The notes beneath the pieces are model-generated. The model did no database searches, was not told where the DNA came from, and worked only from the letters and a program-made list of their open reading frames with translations. The position numbers and the translations under genes were made by a program. A DNA stretch of 63,998 nucleotides, the filler included, from Stramenopiles sp. TOSAG23-2 (lineage: Eukaryota), in NCBI GenBank assembly GCA_900128395.1. It is 5 parts of 5 records of this genome, joined end to end, with 100 filler letters (N's around TTAATTAATTAA, not from the genome) between each part and the next. Parts side by side here need not be neighbours in the genome. Positions count along the whole stretch, not along the records: positions 52,759 to 63,998 come from LT649951.1; 4 more parts are not named here. One strand, 5' to 3'. Positions 55,701-63,998 of this stretch are shown here, one piece after another. Within the stretch, counting starts at the first letter, position 1. Each line of letters starts with the position of its first letter.

Positions 55701-56985
55701 AACCTACGGGTATGTTTCTGCTTCCTTTAGCGGTCGTATGCCATGTAGTGATATAGCTGATGCTATTGTACAAACTGGCCGTGATCAATTGGATAAGGCA
55801 ATGCATATTGTGGAAGATCGTGGTGTTGAAAAAGCAGAATTTCAAGATGTTGTAGATGAAATTATTTACGGAGATACGGATAGTTTGTTTATTAAATTGA
55901 AACGCCATACAGATTTATCAACTGCGTTTAAAGTTGGGGAACGTATAAGCTATAAGGTTAGCATGAATAATTATAACCCGGTAAAATTTAACCTGGAAAA
56001 AGTATATTTGCCTTGTATATTGCACACCAAAAAACGATATGTAGGATGGAAATATGAATCTCCATCGGATGATCCTACATTTGATGATAAAGGTATTGAA
56101 ACAATGAGAAGTGATCAATGTCCTGTAGTTGCTAATAGTTTAAGAGAAGCATTGAAAGCTTTGTTTCGTACAAAACAAGGTCCGGATTATCCTCGTCGCG
56201 CAAAATCGAGGGTAAAGCGAGTGTTGATTAATTTTTGGCAGAAAATGATGCGAGATACCTTACCGCTCTCTGACTACGTGTTTTCTCGTATGCTACGAAA
56301 CAATTATAAGTCTCCTCCCCCTCATAAACTTGTTGATGCGAAGAGACAAATATATGATAAGCGAGCTGGTGGTTTGTACAAACAATTTATTCAATACATA
56401 ATTGTATCTGGGGTTTCCATAAGTGAACATCATGTGTTGGCAGAATGTGCAGTGTCCCCTGAAGCAATCGTAACAGATTACACTAAACGATTAAACGATA
56501 CGTATTATATTAGACAGACGCATTTAGTTTTAGATCGAATGTTCCAACTAAAAAATATGGAATATGATATTTATAGATGGTATGCTCGTATGCCACGTCC
56601 AAAGAGACGAATACGATTGGCCGGGACAACAAGTGATAGAAAAACAGGCTCACGTGGTGGTGGGAAACTCATATCTCAATATGCAGGATTTTCCAGTGCA
56701 CATTGCTATTTATGTGATAATTTTAGTGCTGGAAAGAATAAATATATTTGTGATACATGCGCTATGGACAAAGCTGCAGCATGGTTGCAATTGGAGCGCC
56801 GAGTCCTTCAAGCAGAAACTAGCAGACATGCTGCCATTACTATTTGCCGGCGTTGTGTTGGATACAAGGGGGATGATATCAGCTGCGAGTCAAATGTCTG
56901 CCCTATGTACTATGCACGGCAACATGCTATTGAAAAATGTAAGGAAGGAGATATTGTGATACAAGGAGTGGAAGATATGTTTTGA
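52759..56985 (+). CDS. REV3: DNA polymerase zeta catalytic subunit; 5'-truncated
   Basis: RTSEMARLIGIDF...RGSQFRVES, VLDFQSLYPS, K..NVTYGY..ASFSGRMPC, YGDTDS, C-terminal CysA/CysB; frame open to contig start (ALWTEARRRKR). Confidence 0.95.
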   Translation, partial: ALWTEARRRKRIKLQTSYLTSTNSNGSSPSMPSSLGNKRDATKSTERDLQKTYRQHLRNYFDQRNVNNLNDCGAKSASLRSSDDNDATNTFENDILPYLPGGQISAEILPEKWPEDDDYNNNDKSFFYAENSQEEPDYLNDLTSLMDDDNNMEEGEDESGDLEMESDDNNNENIDGNEESDNDAYMYHEHIESNLSDENDIDDDHGSDEDCYLTQKDLNAYEEKIQSQFLESKRKRIEISPHKSINHINNDKNTTLNIDHDDKNSNNNYNNNDVSKDNNNNNNNTNRKKIPKFFKPNQMRDEKANRSKRFTKKKNRRVETVGHFASLFTPKMTKKLLSKRSKHNHIRYDLDNSMKVSSSSSISSSNNSISISSSISSLNSNSYDGANNNNRDDETFSQVNSTNNDTQILALESPEIEEVELVGVEEETKKAFNLLRSNTTSKLYDIPSSENGLEVWTLKNRPPHLLPSLQTVQRPKNVGATAKEERYPSSLNESETQNSSSSDDRHGMNFVERKPLTASQINEKAQKTTKSAFSLDSGPQFMTILSVEVFSIKQKEWKKLPDPAVDEIVLIAYIVERDDGCGTVGSSYGARKKGYIALATEDDSKTIGGPPYDTLLVNSEHDLLRALADLVQYHNPDILFGWEIEKNSWGYVVQRCNYLGIPIVQALSRCPLSRINGNNGHDMTGGDPDGTIRIHGRIVLSMWRLVKSEATLKLNNYSMENVAFELLRLRVPRYPQNSLAHWYSGKNKAHLRSRVIVHYMTKAQTSLDILYKLDIIGRTSEMARLIGIDFYSILWRGSQFRVESVMLRITKPHNYILLSPSKSEVQAQRPLDTQALTLEPKSGFYGESPVVVLDFQSLYPSLIIAYNMCYSTCIGSLNGSDGKNPGVSPIHTRLGALERYAAPEKTLRSFIDDKSAHMASNGTMFVAENTRRGILPQMLEEILNTRIMVKKELKAARKNNEKVLSRILDARQYALKMISNVTYGYVSASFSGRMPCSDIADAIVQTGRDQLDKAMHIVEDRGVEKAEFQDVVDEIIYGDTDSLFIKLKRHTDLSTAFKVGERISYKVSMNNYNPVKFNLEKVYLPCILHTKKRYVGWKYESPSDDPTFDDKGIETMRSDQCPVVANSLREALKALFRTKQGPDYPRRAKSRVKRVLINFWQKMMRDTLPLSDYVFSRMLRNNYKSPPPHKLVDAKRQIYDKRAGGLYKQFIQYIIVSGVSISEHHVLAECAVSPEAIVTDYTKRLNDTYYIRQTHLVLDRMFQLKNMEYDIYRWYARMPRPKRRIRLAGTTSDRKTGSRGGGKLISQYAGFSSAHCYLCDNFSAGKNKYICDTCAMDKAAAWLQLERRVLQAETSRHAAITICRRCVGYKGDDISCESNVCPMYYARQHAIEKCKEGDIVIQGVEDMF

Positions 56986-58518
56986 AAATTTACTGGAACA
57001 ACGGTAGTAAGAGACAAAGAAGAGTTATGAAAAGTATTGTATTGACGTAAAAAATAGATTTTAACAAGATACGAAGTATATATATATTTAATATACGTTT
57101 AGTATTGTGCTAATAAATTACGAAATATAATACAACTTCGTAATAATTTTCAGGCGTAATTTCGTAATTTTCCCGTGATTAAGGTTGAATATTATTTTAA
57201 GAATTTTATAAACTCTATTCCCGCAGAACTGAAACCCAAACATCTTCAACGATTACGCCTTTCGAAATAGCCTTTCGTTCTGGTACGCCACCACGTCTAT
57301 GTCGTCTACATACAAATATTTAAGCAGCCTGTATGTGACGAAGCCTATTATTCTTTCTTTTCAACGTAGTCTTTTGATGCTCGACTACATAATCTCTTGT
57401 CGTACTTTGTGATGATTATTTTAAAGTGACCGTTGCTAGGGTGCAAGTAGTGTCTGCTCAAGCCTCGTTTTACAGAGGCCATCAACCGGTGTTAGATGAA
57501 CGTCGACGTGCGTCGTCGGAGTCCTAGCAAATGTATCATCAAAAACAAAGAATAAGTGCCTGGATATAAGTCAACCAGTGATGAAAGCTTTAGACTGCGC
57601 CCCGGCAGTCGATGTTCACGTTTTTCCACATGGCATCCATTGGCTTTTTACGAACTCCACTAATAAAAAAAGAAGAACCAGGCTGATTTGGGCAAACCAG
57701 CGTTGGGGCGCAAAAACAAAATTTTCACGAGTAAATTTTCTATATAAATTTAAGGAAAAAAAAACTGTGACAAACTATAAAATGGATAATCCATAGAGGC
57801 CGTTTTGATGAATTTCCATATATATGTGTAGAATAGCACAATATGTGGTGATGCGTAAGAAAAGAAGAAAAGAAGAATTTTCCTTGAAAATTTTAATTAT
57901 TATTATTAGCAACATTACCGACCAACAACGAACCATAAATTATTAATAAATATACACACAAACACACATTATAAAACATACATGTTTTAGTTGTGAGATA
58001 AAATTTGAATGATAAATATTTTTATACTGTGTAAAAATTATTTCCAAAAGAGATGCAATAATTAATGATACGGATATTGATGATAGTGATGGAGTGTAAA
58101 TTATCACTGACATTATAAATTTTTAAGAGTGCGAGTTACTGAACCTGCCAGGCAGGCATGTGACAGTGCTATAAATTGACCTTCGTAAAAAAATTACTAA
58201 ATTATTAATATTAAACGCGTGCGTGCATTAACTATATACTTCGTAAAAAAAATTTGAATATAAAAAATAATAGAGAGTACGGAAGTTCGTACGAGTATAT
58301 TCAATACGACTCGTATTATATACTCGGAATATTTTTAGATTGTGATAGTGTTTCTGACGTTTCACTAAAATACAATTCTTTATGAACTCTTTCATTATAA
58401 TATTAAAATATTTTTTGAAATTTTATTACTCGTATTTTTAAAATATTCAAGTTTATAATATGATATACAAAGGTTTGGTATATCGTATTTTTTCGTAATT
58501 TTTATTGACACTACGATC

Positions 58519-61500
58519 CTACAAAACAATTTTTGTACTACTATGCCTCTTTTTTCTAACATGGATTTGAAATGTTTGTTCCGCGGTCACATTTTTCTGT
58601 TTTCGCTTGACATTTTCTTTCATACTTGCAACATATTCTTCTGCGTTATTATTATCCCACAATGACTTCAACGTATCTAATAATCTAAAATGTTCAACAT
58701 CTATACCATCGTCGTCGTTATCATCAATATCATCATGACTATCATCATCGTTATGATCCATCATAGCGCTTTCGCCACTTTCTTTTAACTTTTTTGTCCT
58801 AATAGAACCTCCTCCATTGTCTCTTGGATCAAGATATAAAATTGTATTAAAGTAAGTTCTTATATTTTCTGAAAATTTTGAAGCATCGCTTCTAGCATCA
58901 TTTTCTAAATCACTGTACGATGAAATATGTTTGAAATGTTTCATTGCATTGAATACGTTTGTAACCTGTGGAGGCTTTTTTGGACCAATACCTGAACGAA
59001 TTGTCTTAATTTTAACCATATTATGTGTACGACTAACACGCACATTACGATTATTTGCTATGTAAGTAATCCGTGATGGCAGAGGCAAGGATAATTTATC
59101 AGATATAATCAAAGTTCGTGTTAGATTTTGTGGAGTATTCTTTCGACGTCTTATATCTTGCTCTATATCTACACTTAACTTTATTACATGATGTACCATA
59201 TCTGATATTTCGTCATATGCCAAATCTTTTTTGGCGTTCAACTTTTTTGCTAGATCTGTTTTCTTATATTTGTACACTTCACATGCAATATCAAAAATGG
59301 CTTTTGGCCCATCTTTAAGAATATTGGCATAATCAATGCCCGATGATAAATCTTGAATTTCCTTGAAATACAAATCTTTAGAATCTTCCCGTTGAAATAT
59401 GTCACGAAACTTTGGTAAAACTACATCCCTGTTGACAACAATATTATCTTCCTGTTCCATATTATGATCATCATCATATACAATAGGTTTTTCAAAATCT
59501 ATTTTACCATGAATGTTTATTCCCACAGGCAAACGTTGCATTTTTTGTTTAATCTTAATTGGGAACAGTGAATTCTCTTTATGGACAAGAAGTTTACATT
59601 CATCAATATATGTATTACCATGATCATCTAATATACAAAATACAAATTCATTATCTTTTTTATCATCATTAACTTGTATATTACTGATTAAACATGCACC
59701 TTTTAAATAATTGCTTTTTTCTTCGATTGTATAATTTAATTTCCACGTTTCAGGTTGTCCAGACGGGGCAATAAAATTGTAAAATTGTTGATCGGTATGA
59801 TTCATTGCATCCCAAGTACGTTTAATATGAAATTTTTGTGGTATAATAGTCTCCCTGGACATTAAAAAATCCCTATGATCCATCACAGTTACACCACTAT
59901 TCCAACGTTTGTACTGTTTCTCAAGATCTTCTTTGTGAACATCTATTGTATTTGGTTGGACAATTCGTGGACAAAATAAAACTTGAGGATGAAGGAATGA
60001 TACACCTATATATATTTCTCCATTAATTTGCATCGATGTTTGTTCATCATCATTAGTAGGATTATTATTATTATTATGTGATGTACTTTTCATAAATGGA
60101 TCATAGTGTTGAAAAGGTATGCTTGTTATATGGTTGATCATTAATGCAGTTGACATATCATTGAAGCAATGATTCCAACTATGTACAATATTCCAATCTT
60201 CTATATTATTATTACATGCATTAATAATGTAAATTGAATAACTTGTCCCTATGACTATTTCAAATTTATATTTTGTCCTTTTCACAGTTGATATTACTTC
60301 CTTTGGATATTTCAAATCATTATTGTTTCGCTTTGGCAAAGTAAAAACACATATTTGCAATTTTTCATTGTCCATTACATTTTGTGATGTTGATCGAAAC
60401 GATATATTATACAATTTATTTTTATATCCAATGAAAACTTTTAATGGATGAAGCCCGTATGAAGATGAAATGCAATAAGGTTGAAAATTGCTCATAATAC
60501 GTTGATTTGGCAAGGCAACATCATATTTAAATGATAATCTATGAAATATACTTGGTATACCAATAATTCGATGGTTGCTACTCATTTGAATTTTTAAATG
60601 AAATAATATCATTGTAGCATTTTCATACATAATAAATAAATGAACATTGCTATATGGAGATGTTGCCATCGTTAAAATAGGATATTGTTGTTGTTTTAAT
60701 TCCTCCTCTCCTTTCTCCCCTTCATTATTTGAAGTTATGTAAGCAGTTGAATTGAAATTGAATATAGTATTACATGTCCATCTTAATCTTAGATCAAAAT
60801 CTGCTTTGTAATCCTTTGCATCTGATTGTTTATTATTATGATTGTTATTATTATTATTAGTATTGTTGCTTTTATTTTTGTTGTTGTTATTATTTTTGCG
60901 ATTGCTATTCCCATCATTATCATCACTATCACTACTATCATCAAAATAGATATGATTTCTATTGTTATTATTATCATTATTATCATTTCTAAACATTGTA
61001 GTTGTAGTTATTGATGGTATTTTTTTCATTTGTTGTTTTTGTGTATTATTACGTTGTTTTATATATTCTTCATAATCACTTCCAGGTTTAGTAGCAAGAG
61101 GACTGCTCATTTGTTTTGCATTATTATTATGATTTTCAGTTGTTTGAATTGTACAATAATATATCATATCTTCTAACGTACGAAAACAAAAATTAACTTT
61201 TGTATCTTCCTCCGATACTCTAAATAATTGTATATCTACAATAGAATCTTCATTTGTATCATATTGCAAATGACCAGGTTCATTTGGTTTATTACATATA
61301 CCTTGTCCTTTCCGACATATTGCACAAGATGTCAAAGCAAGATTTTGCTTTTTCAATGCATACACTCGCCATTGACCTTTACATTGCACACAGTTCGTAT
61401 ACAATCGTTTATCATCATCATAATTTAATGATAGAACTTCTATTTGATCAAAATTATTCCCAGTAGCACGAATTAATATAGGTATATTTTTCAAGGTTGT

Positions 61501-61821
61501 CGATACAAGTAAATTGTGTTTATTGTTATTGATATTATTGTATTTATTTTTCTTGTTATTGTTTATGTTGTTATTATTATTACTATCGTATCGAAACGTT
61601 TCTACGTCCATTATGGCACGAGATTGTAAAAACAATGAATATCGTTTTCTAATATGACATGATCTTCGAATATTAGTAGGTGTAGTCAAATATTTAGTTT
61701 TATTTATTTTTCTATCATCTTTTGTACAATAATTATTTGTATAAATGAAATTAGTTGGATTTGTTGTTGGTATTGTTGTTGGTTCTATTGGATATGGAAT
61801 ATTTTCAATTAAACGATGCAT
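58519..61821 (-). CDS. Large beta-propeller protein, possibly TAF1C/RRN6-like (Pol I core factor)
   Basis: ATSPY...; YGLHPLKVFIG...LYNISFR; IVIGTSYSIYII...VHSWNH resemble the RRN6/TAF1C HP...DLR and L.W.H motifs. Confidence 0.45.
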   Translation of the reverse strand: MHRLIENIPYPIEPTTIPTTNPTNFIYTNNYCTKDDRKINKTKYLTTPTNIRRSCHIRKRYSLFLQSRAIMDVETFRYDSNNNNNINNNKKNKYNNINNNKHNLLVSTTLKNIPILIRATGNNFDQIEVLSLNYDDDKRLYTNCVQCKGQWRVYALKKQNLALTSCAICRKGQGICNKPNEPGHLQYDTNEDSIVDIQLFRVSEEDTKVNFCFRTLEDMIYYCTIQTTENHNNNAKQMSSPLATKPGSDYEEYIKQRNNTQKQQMKKIPSITTTTMFRNDNNDNNNNRNHIYFDDSSDSDDNDGNSNRKNNNNNKNKSNNTNNNNNNHNNKQSDAKDYKADFDLRLRWTCNTIFNFNSTAYITSNNEGEKGEEELKQQQYPILTMATSPYSNVHLFIMYENATMILFHLKIQMSSNHRIIGIPSIFHRLSFKYDVALPNQRIMSNFQPYCISSSYGLHPLKVFIGYKNKLYNISFRSTSQNVMDNEKLQICVFTLPKRNNNDLKYPKEVISTVKRTKYKFEIVIGTSYSIYIINACNNNIEDWNIVHSWNHCFNDMSTALMINHITSIPFQHYDPFMKSTSHNNNNNPTNDDEQTSMQINGEIYIGVSFLHPQVLFCPRIVQPNTIDVHKEDLEKQYKRWNSGVTVMDHRDFLMSRETIIPQKFHIKRTWDAMNHTDQQFYNFIAPSGQPETWKLNYTIEEKSNYLKGACLISNIQVNDDKKDNEFVFCILDDHGNTYIDECKLLVHKENSLFPIKIKQKMQRLPVGINIHGKIDFEKPIVYDDDHNMEQEDNIVVNRDVVLPKFRDIFQREDSKDLYFKEIQDLSSGIDYANILKDGPKAIFDIACEVYKYKKTDLAKKLNAKKDLAYDEISDMVHHVIKLSVDIEQDIRRRKNTPQNLTRTLIISDKLSLPLPSRITYIANNRNVRVSRTHNMVKIKTIRSGIGPKKPPQVTNVFNAMKHFKHISSYSDLENDARSDASKFSENIRTYFNTILYLDPRDNGGGSIRTKKLKESGESAMMDHNDDDSHDDIDDNDDDGIDVEHFRLLDTLKSLWDNNNAEEYVASMKENVKRKQKNVTAEQTFQIHVRKKRHSSTKIVL

Positions 61822-62259
61822 TGTTTACATGCTTTTGTTTAATAATGTTTCTTTTCGTTTGTTCTCTCTATTTCCCTCTATGATTTACATATAATGTTTT
61901 ATTTTATGTATTTGTTTATGATTGTGTATATTATATATATTATTATTATTTTTTGTATACAACGACGAATATTGTTTATGATAAATAATAGTATTTTGTA
62001 TATTTGTTAGGAGAGGGAAAACGAGTTTTATGTTTCTCGATAATCGTCTCGTATACTTTTTTTACAAGGGAAGTATCTTATTTTTACTATATATCCACAT
62101 TTCTTCTCATTCAATAAACCATCTTTCATGTGATATATACATACATTGTACTCAAAATGAAAATCTCAAAATTTTTACTCGTATTATATACTGGTATATA
62201 TTTTTAAATGTAGTATGGAAGTTAATTTTATTAATTTTTTACACACCAATTCACACATT

Positions 62260-62697
62260 TTATTCTTTTTTTTCATTAATATTATTATTGGTATTATTCT
62301 TATATTCTTGACTAGTTGGTACGCCATATTTTTTTCTTAATAAATCTAAATCGGTTTGTAATTGTTCATCCCGTTTCATACGTTTCTCTGCCAACGTTGG
62401 ACCTTTCGGAACATCTGGATCGGACGGATAATATTTTTCTTTCAATTGATATAAATTATACACAGTATACGAAATCACATCATTAAAACCACTTTCATCT
62501 TTTACAATTTTAACTTTATATGGCAAATCATTTTTTTTTCTATAATACATATGACCCAATGTTCCCGCCGTTGCAACCGTGCATAGAACTAACATTCCAT
62601 GCTCCAATCCCCATCTTGTAAACCTCATCTTTTTTTGTCCTTTTTTGTAATATTTTCCCTCTCCTGTATGTGTTGTGACACGTTCTACTTTGATCAT
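62260..62697 (-). CDS. Small single-TM hypothetical protein
   Basis: 145-aa ORF with basic N-terminus, hydrophobic GMLVLCTVATAGTLGHMYY and helical C-terminus. Confidence 0.7.
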   Translation of the reverse strand: MIKVERVTTHTGEGKYYKKGQKKMRFTRWGLEHGMLVLCTVATAGTLGHMYYRKKNDLPYKVKIVKDESGFNDVISYTVYNLYQLKEKYYPSDPDVPKGPTLAEKRMKRDEQLQTDLDLLRKKYGVPTSQEYKNNTNNNINEKKE

Positions 62698-63093
62698 TTC
62701 TACATTTCGATCAATAAATTCAATTTATAAAATAATATAATAAAATATATAAGTTAGGAGTATACCTGGTATATATCTATGGATACCGTACTGTATGATG
62801 CAAAAACTCGGATATTCTTGATTGATATTTTCATCCAAATGACACATTTTGGCCATATTTGGATTTTATGAATTTTCCAATATCTCTATATATAATTTGG
62901 TATACTAAATCTATACTTATTAGTTTTTGATCAACAAGGCGGTGCCAAGCTATAATGTATAAAATTTTCTCTTACTCATATATATTATATAAGTTTCTTT
63001 TTACTCCCGGACATTAACATCTCAAATCAAAAATGATTTAAATACTCCATTTTATATATACATATGTATATATATAAAAGTTTAGTAAATTAT

Positions 63094-63301
63094 TTAGTAT
63101 TCAAAAGATTCTTCCTCTGTCTGTGATTTAGAGTTAGGTGAAAAAGCTAACTGTCAATGATGCATTACCATTTCTTACTACTTCATCCATTTCATGTCGA
63201 TGTGCATTTGCTTGTTCATGTTCCCATGTATCTTTATCCGGATGATGTTCATCATTCATATCCTTATGTTCCACAATTGACATGGAACTTCCAGCACCCA
63301 T
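63094..63301 (-). CDS. Putative 49-aa N-myristoylated microprotein with a 58-nt intron (63178-63121), or a gene remnant
   Basis: MGAGSS start; GTAAG donor, CTAAC branch, CAG acceptor; spliced product ends DEV|TEEESFEY*. Confidence 0.4.
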
Positions 63302-63554
63302 GATGAATTTTATTAGATAATTGTTGTTATGTTTTTTGTAAATAATACTTTAAAATTATTAATCGAGATTATCAATTATTTTTTACTTTTATTTTTTTGC
63401 AATATTGTAAAAGTATTTAATTATATAACAATCAATTCTCGATATACCGTCACTTTATTCGATTTACTCTTGGTTGTTTTTTGTTGTTTATTACGTTCAC
63501 TGTTAGTTGAACGATTACAAGTTCACGTCGTGTATTATATTGGTTTGATTCACC

Positions 63555-63721
63555 GTGGTTAAAATGTTTGTCGATCTGGCTTTTTTTTTATATATATATT
63601 TACTTTTGACGATTACCATTCAATGTCTGATTCGCAGTGGTTAAAATGTTATATATTGAATGTTTGTCGATCTGATTTTTTATATATATATTATTTACTT
63701 TTGACGATTACCATTCAATGT
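63555..63721 (+). repeat. Imperfect ~75-85 bp tandem duplication
   Basis: gtggttaaaatgtt...ttacttttgacgattaccattcaatgt twice. Confidence 0.85.
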
Positions 63722-63998
63722 TTTTTAAATCTATTTTAATGTATACATATGTACATATTTATAATGCATTTTTTTAAAATTAGATCAGCAGTCGTTACAA
63801 TTTTCAAGCTAGATTTATCAATGAAAACATTAACTACAGTATTAGTATAATAAATTTAATAGGCTGGAGTGAAATCCGTCGTCAATTCCTCGTATGGCGG
63901 GCAATGAAAAACTTTTTTTAAGGAGATGGCGGGCCCGGTAGATTTTTAAATGCGGACGAGGCGGACCCAAATCATTAGTATAAGAATAGCGTAATATT

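Noticed and set aside
6029..56985. RAD18, SHOC1-like and REV3 as a DNA-repair cluster
   Set aside because: They lie on different contigs; adjacency is an artefact of concatenation.
52759..56985. PolB as a sign of a giant virus or Polinton
   Set aside because: It has REV3-specific motifs and C-terminal Cys clusters; it is the host Pol zeta.
57285..57325. YVDD reverse-transcriptase-like motif on the minus strand
   Set aside because: It lies in a 35-codon stop-bounded frame with no other RT motifs.

Overview
AT-rich eukaryotic (protist, probably stramenopile-like; inferred) DNA in the standard code, nearly intron-free, with Asn/Ser/Asp low-complexity proteins. The window is five contigs joined by artificial 100-bp linkers (44N-TTAATTAATTAA-44N) at 13190, 26468, 39570 and 52659. 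Internal contigs are 13178, 13002 and 12989 bp (size-sorted), so neighbourhood across linkers is meaningless. Recognisable genes: a signal-peptide carotenoid oxygenase, SmD3, RAD18, a C2-tyrosinase, a class-3 lipase (one intron, one frameshift), an Rdx-domain protein, a CFAP410-like LRR protein, ERLEC1/OS-9, RMND5/GID2, a membrane MsrA, a giant dynamin-like GTPase, SHOC1/Zip2-like, REV3 and TAF1C/RRN6-like. The most striking region is 39670-48158: a rearranged tandem array of NLS + F-box + ankyrin genes and partial 3' cassettes. Their DNA is almost identical except for whole-codon changes at ankyrin ligand-binding positions, and they sit among long palindromes whose 63-bp spacer occurs in both orientations. 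This is a candidate diversified SCF-receptor (defence-like) system, although amplification or assembly artefacts must be excluded for the rearrangements. A related family member is fused to a desaturase fragment on another contig.
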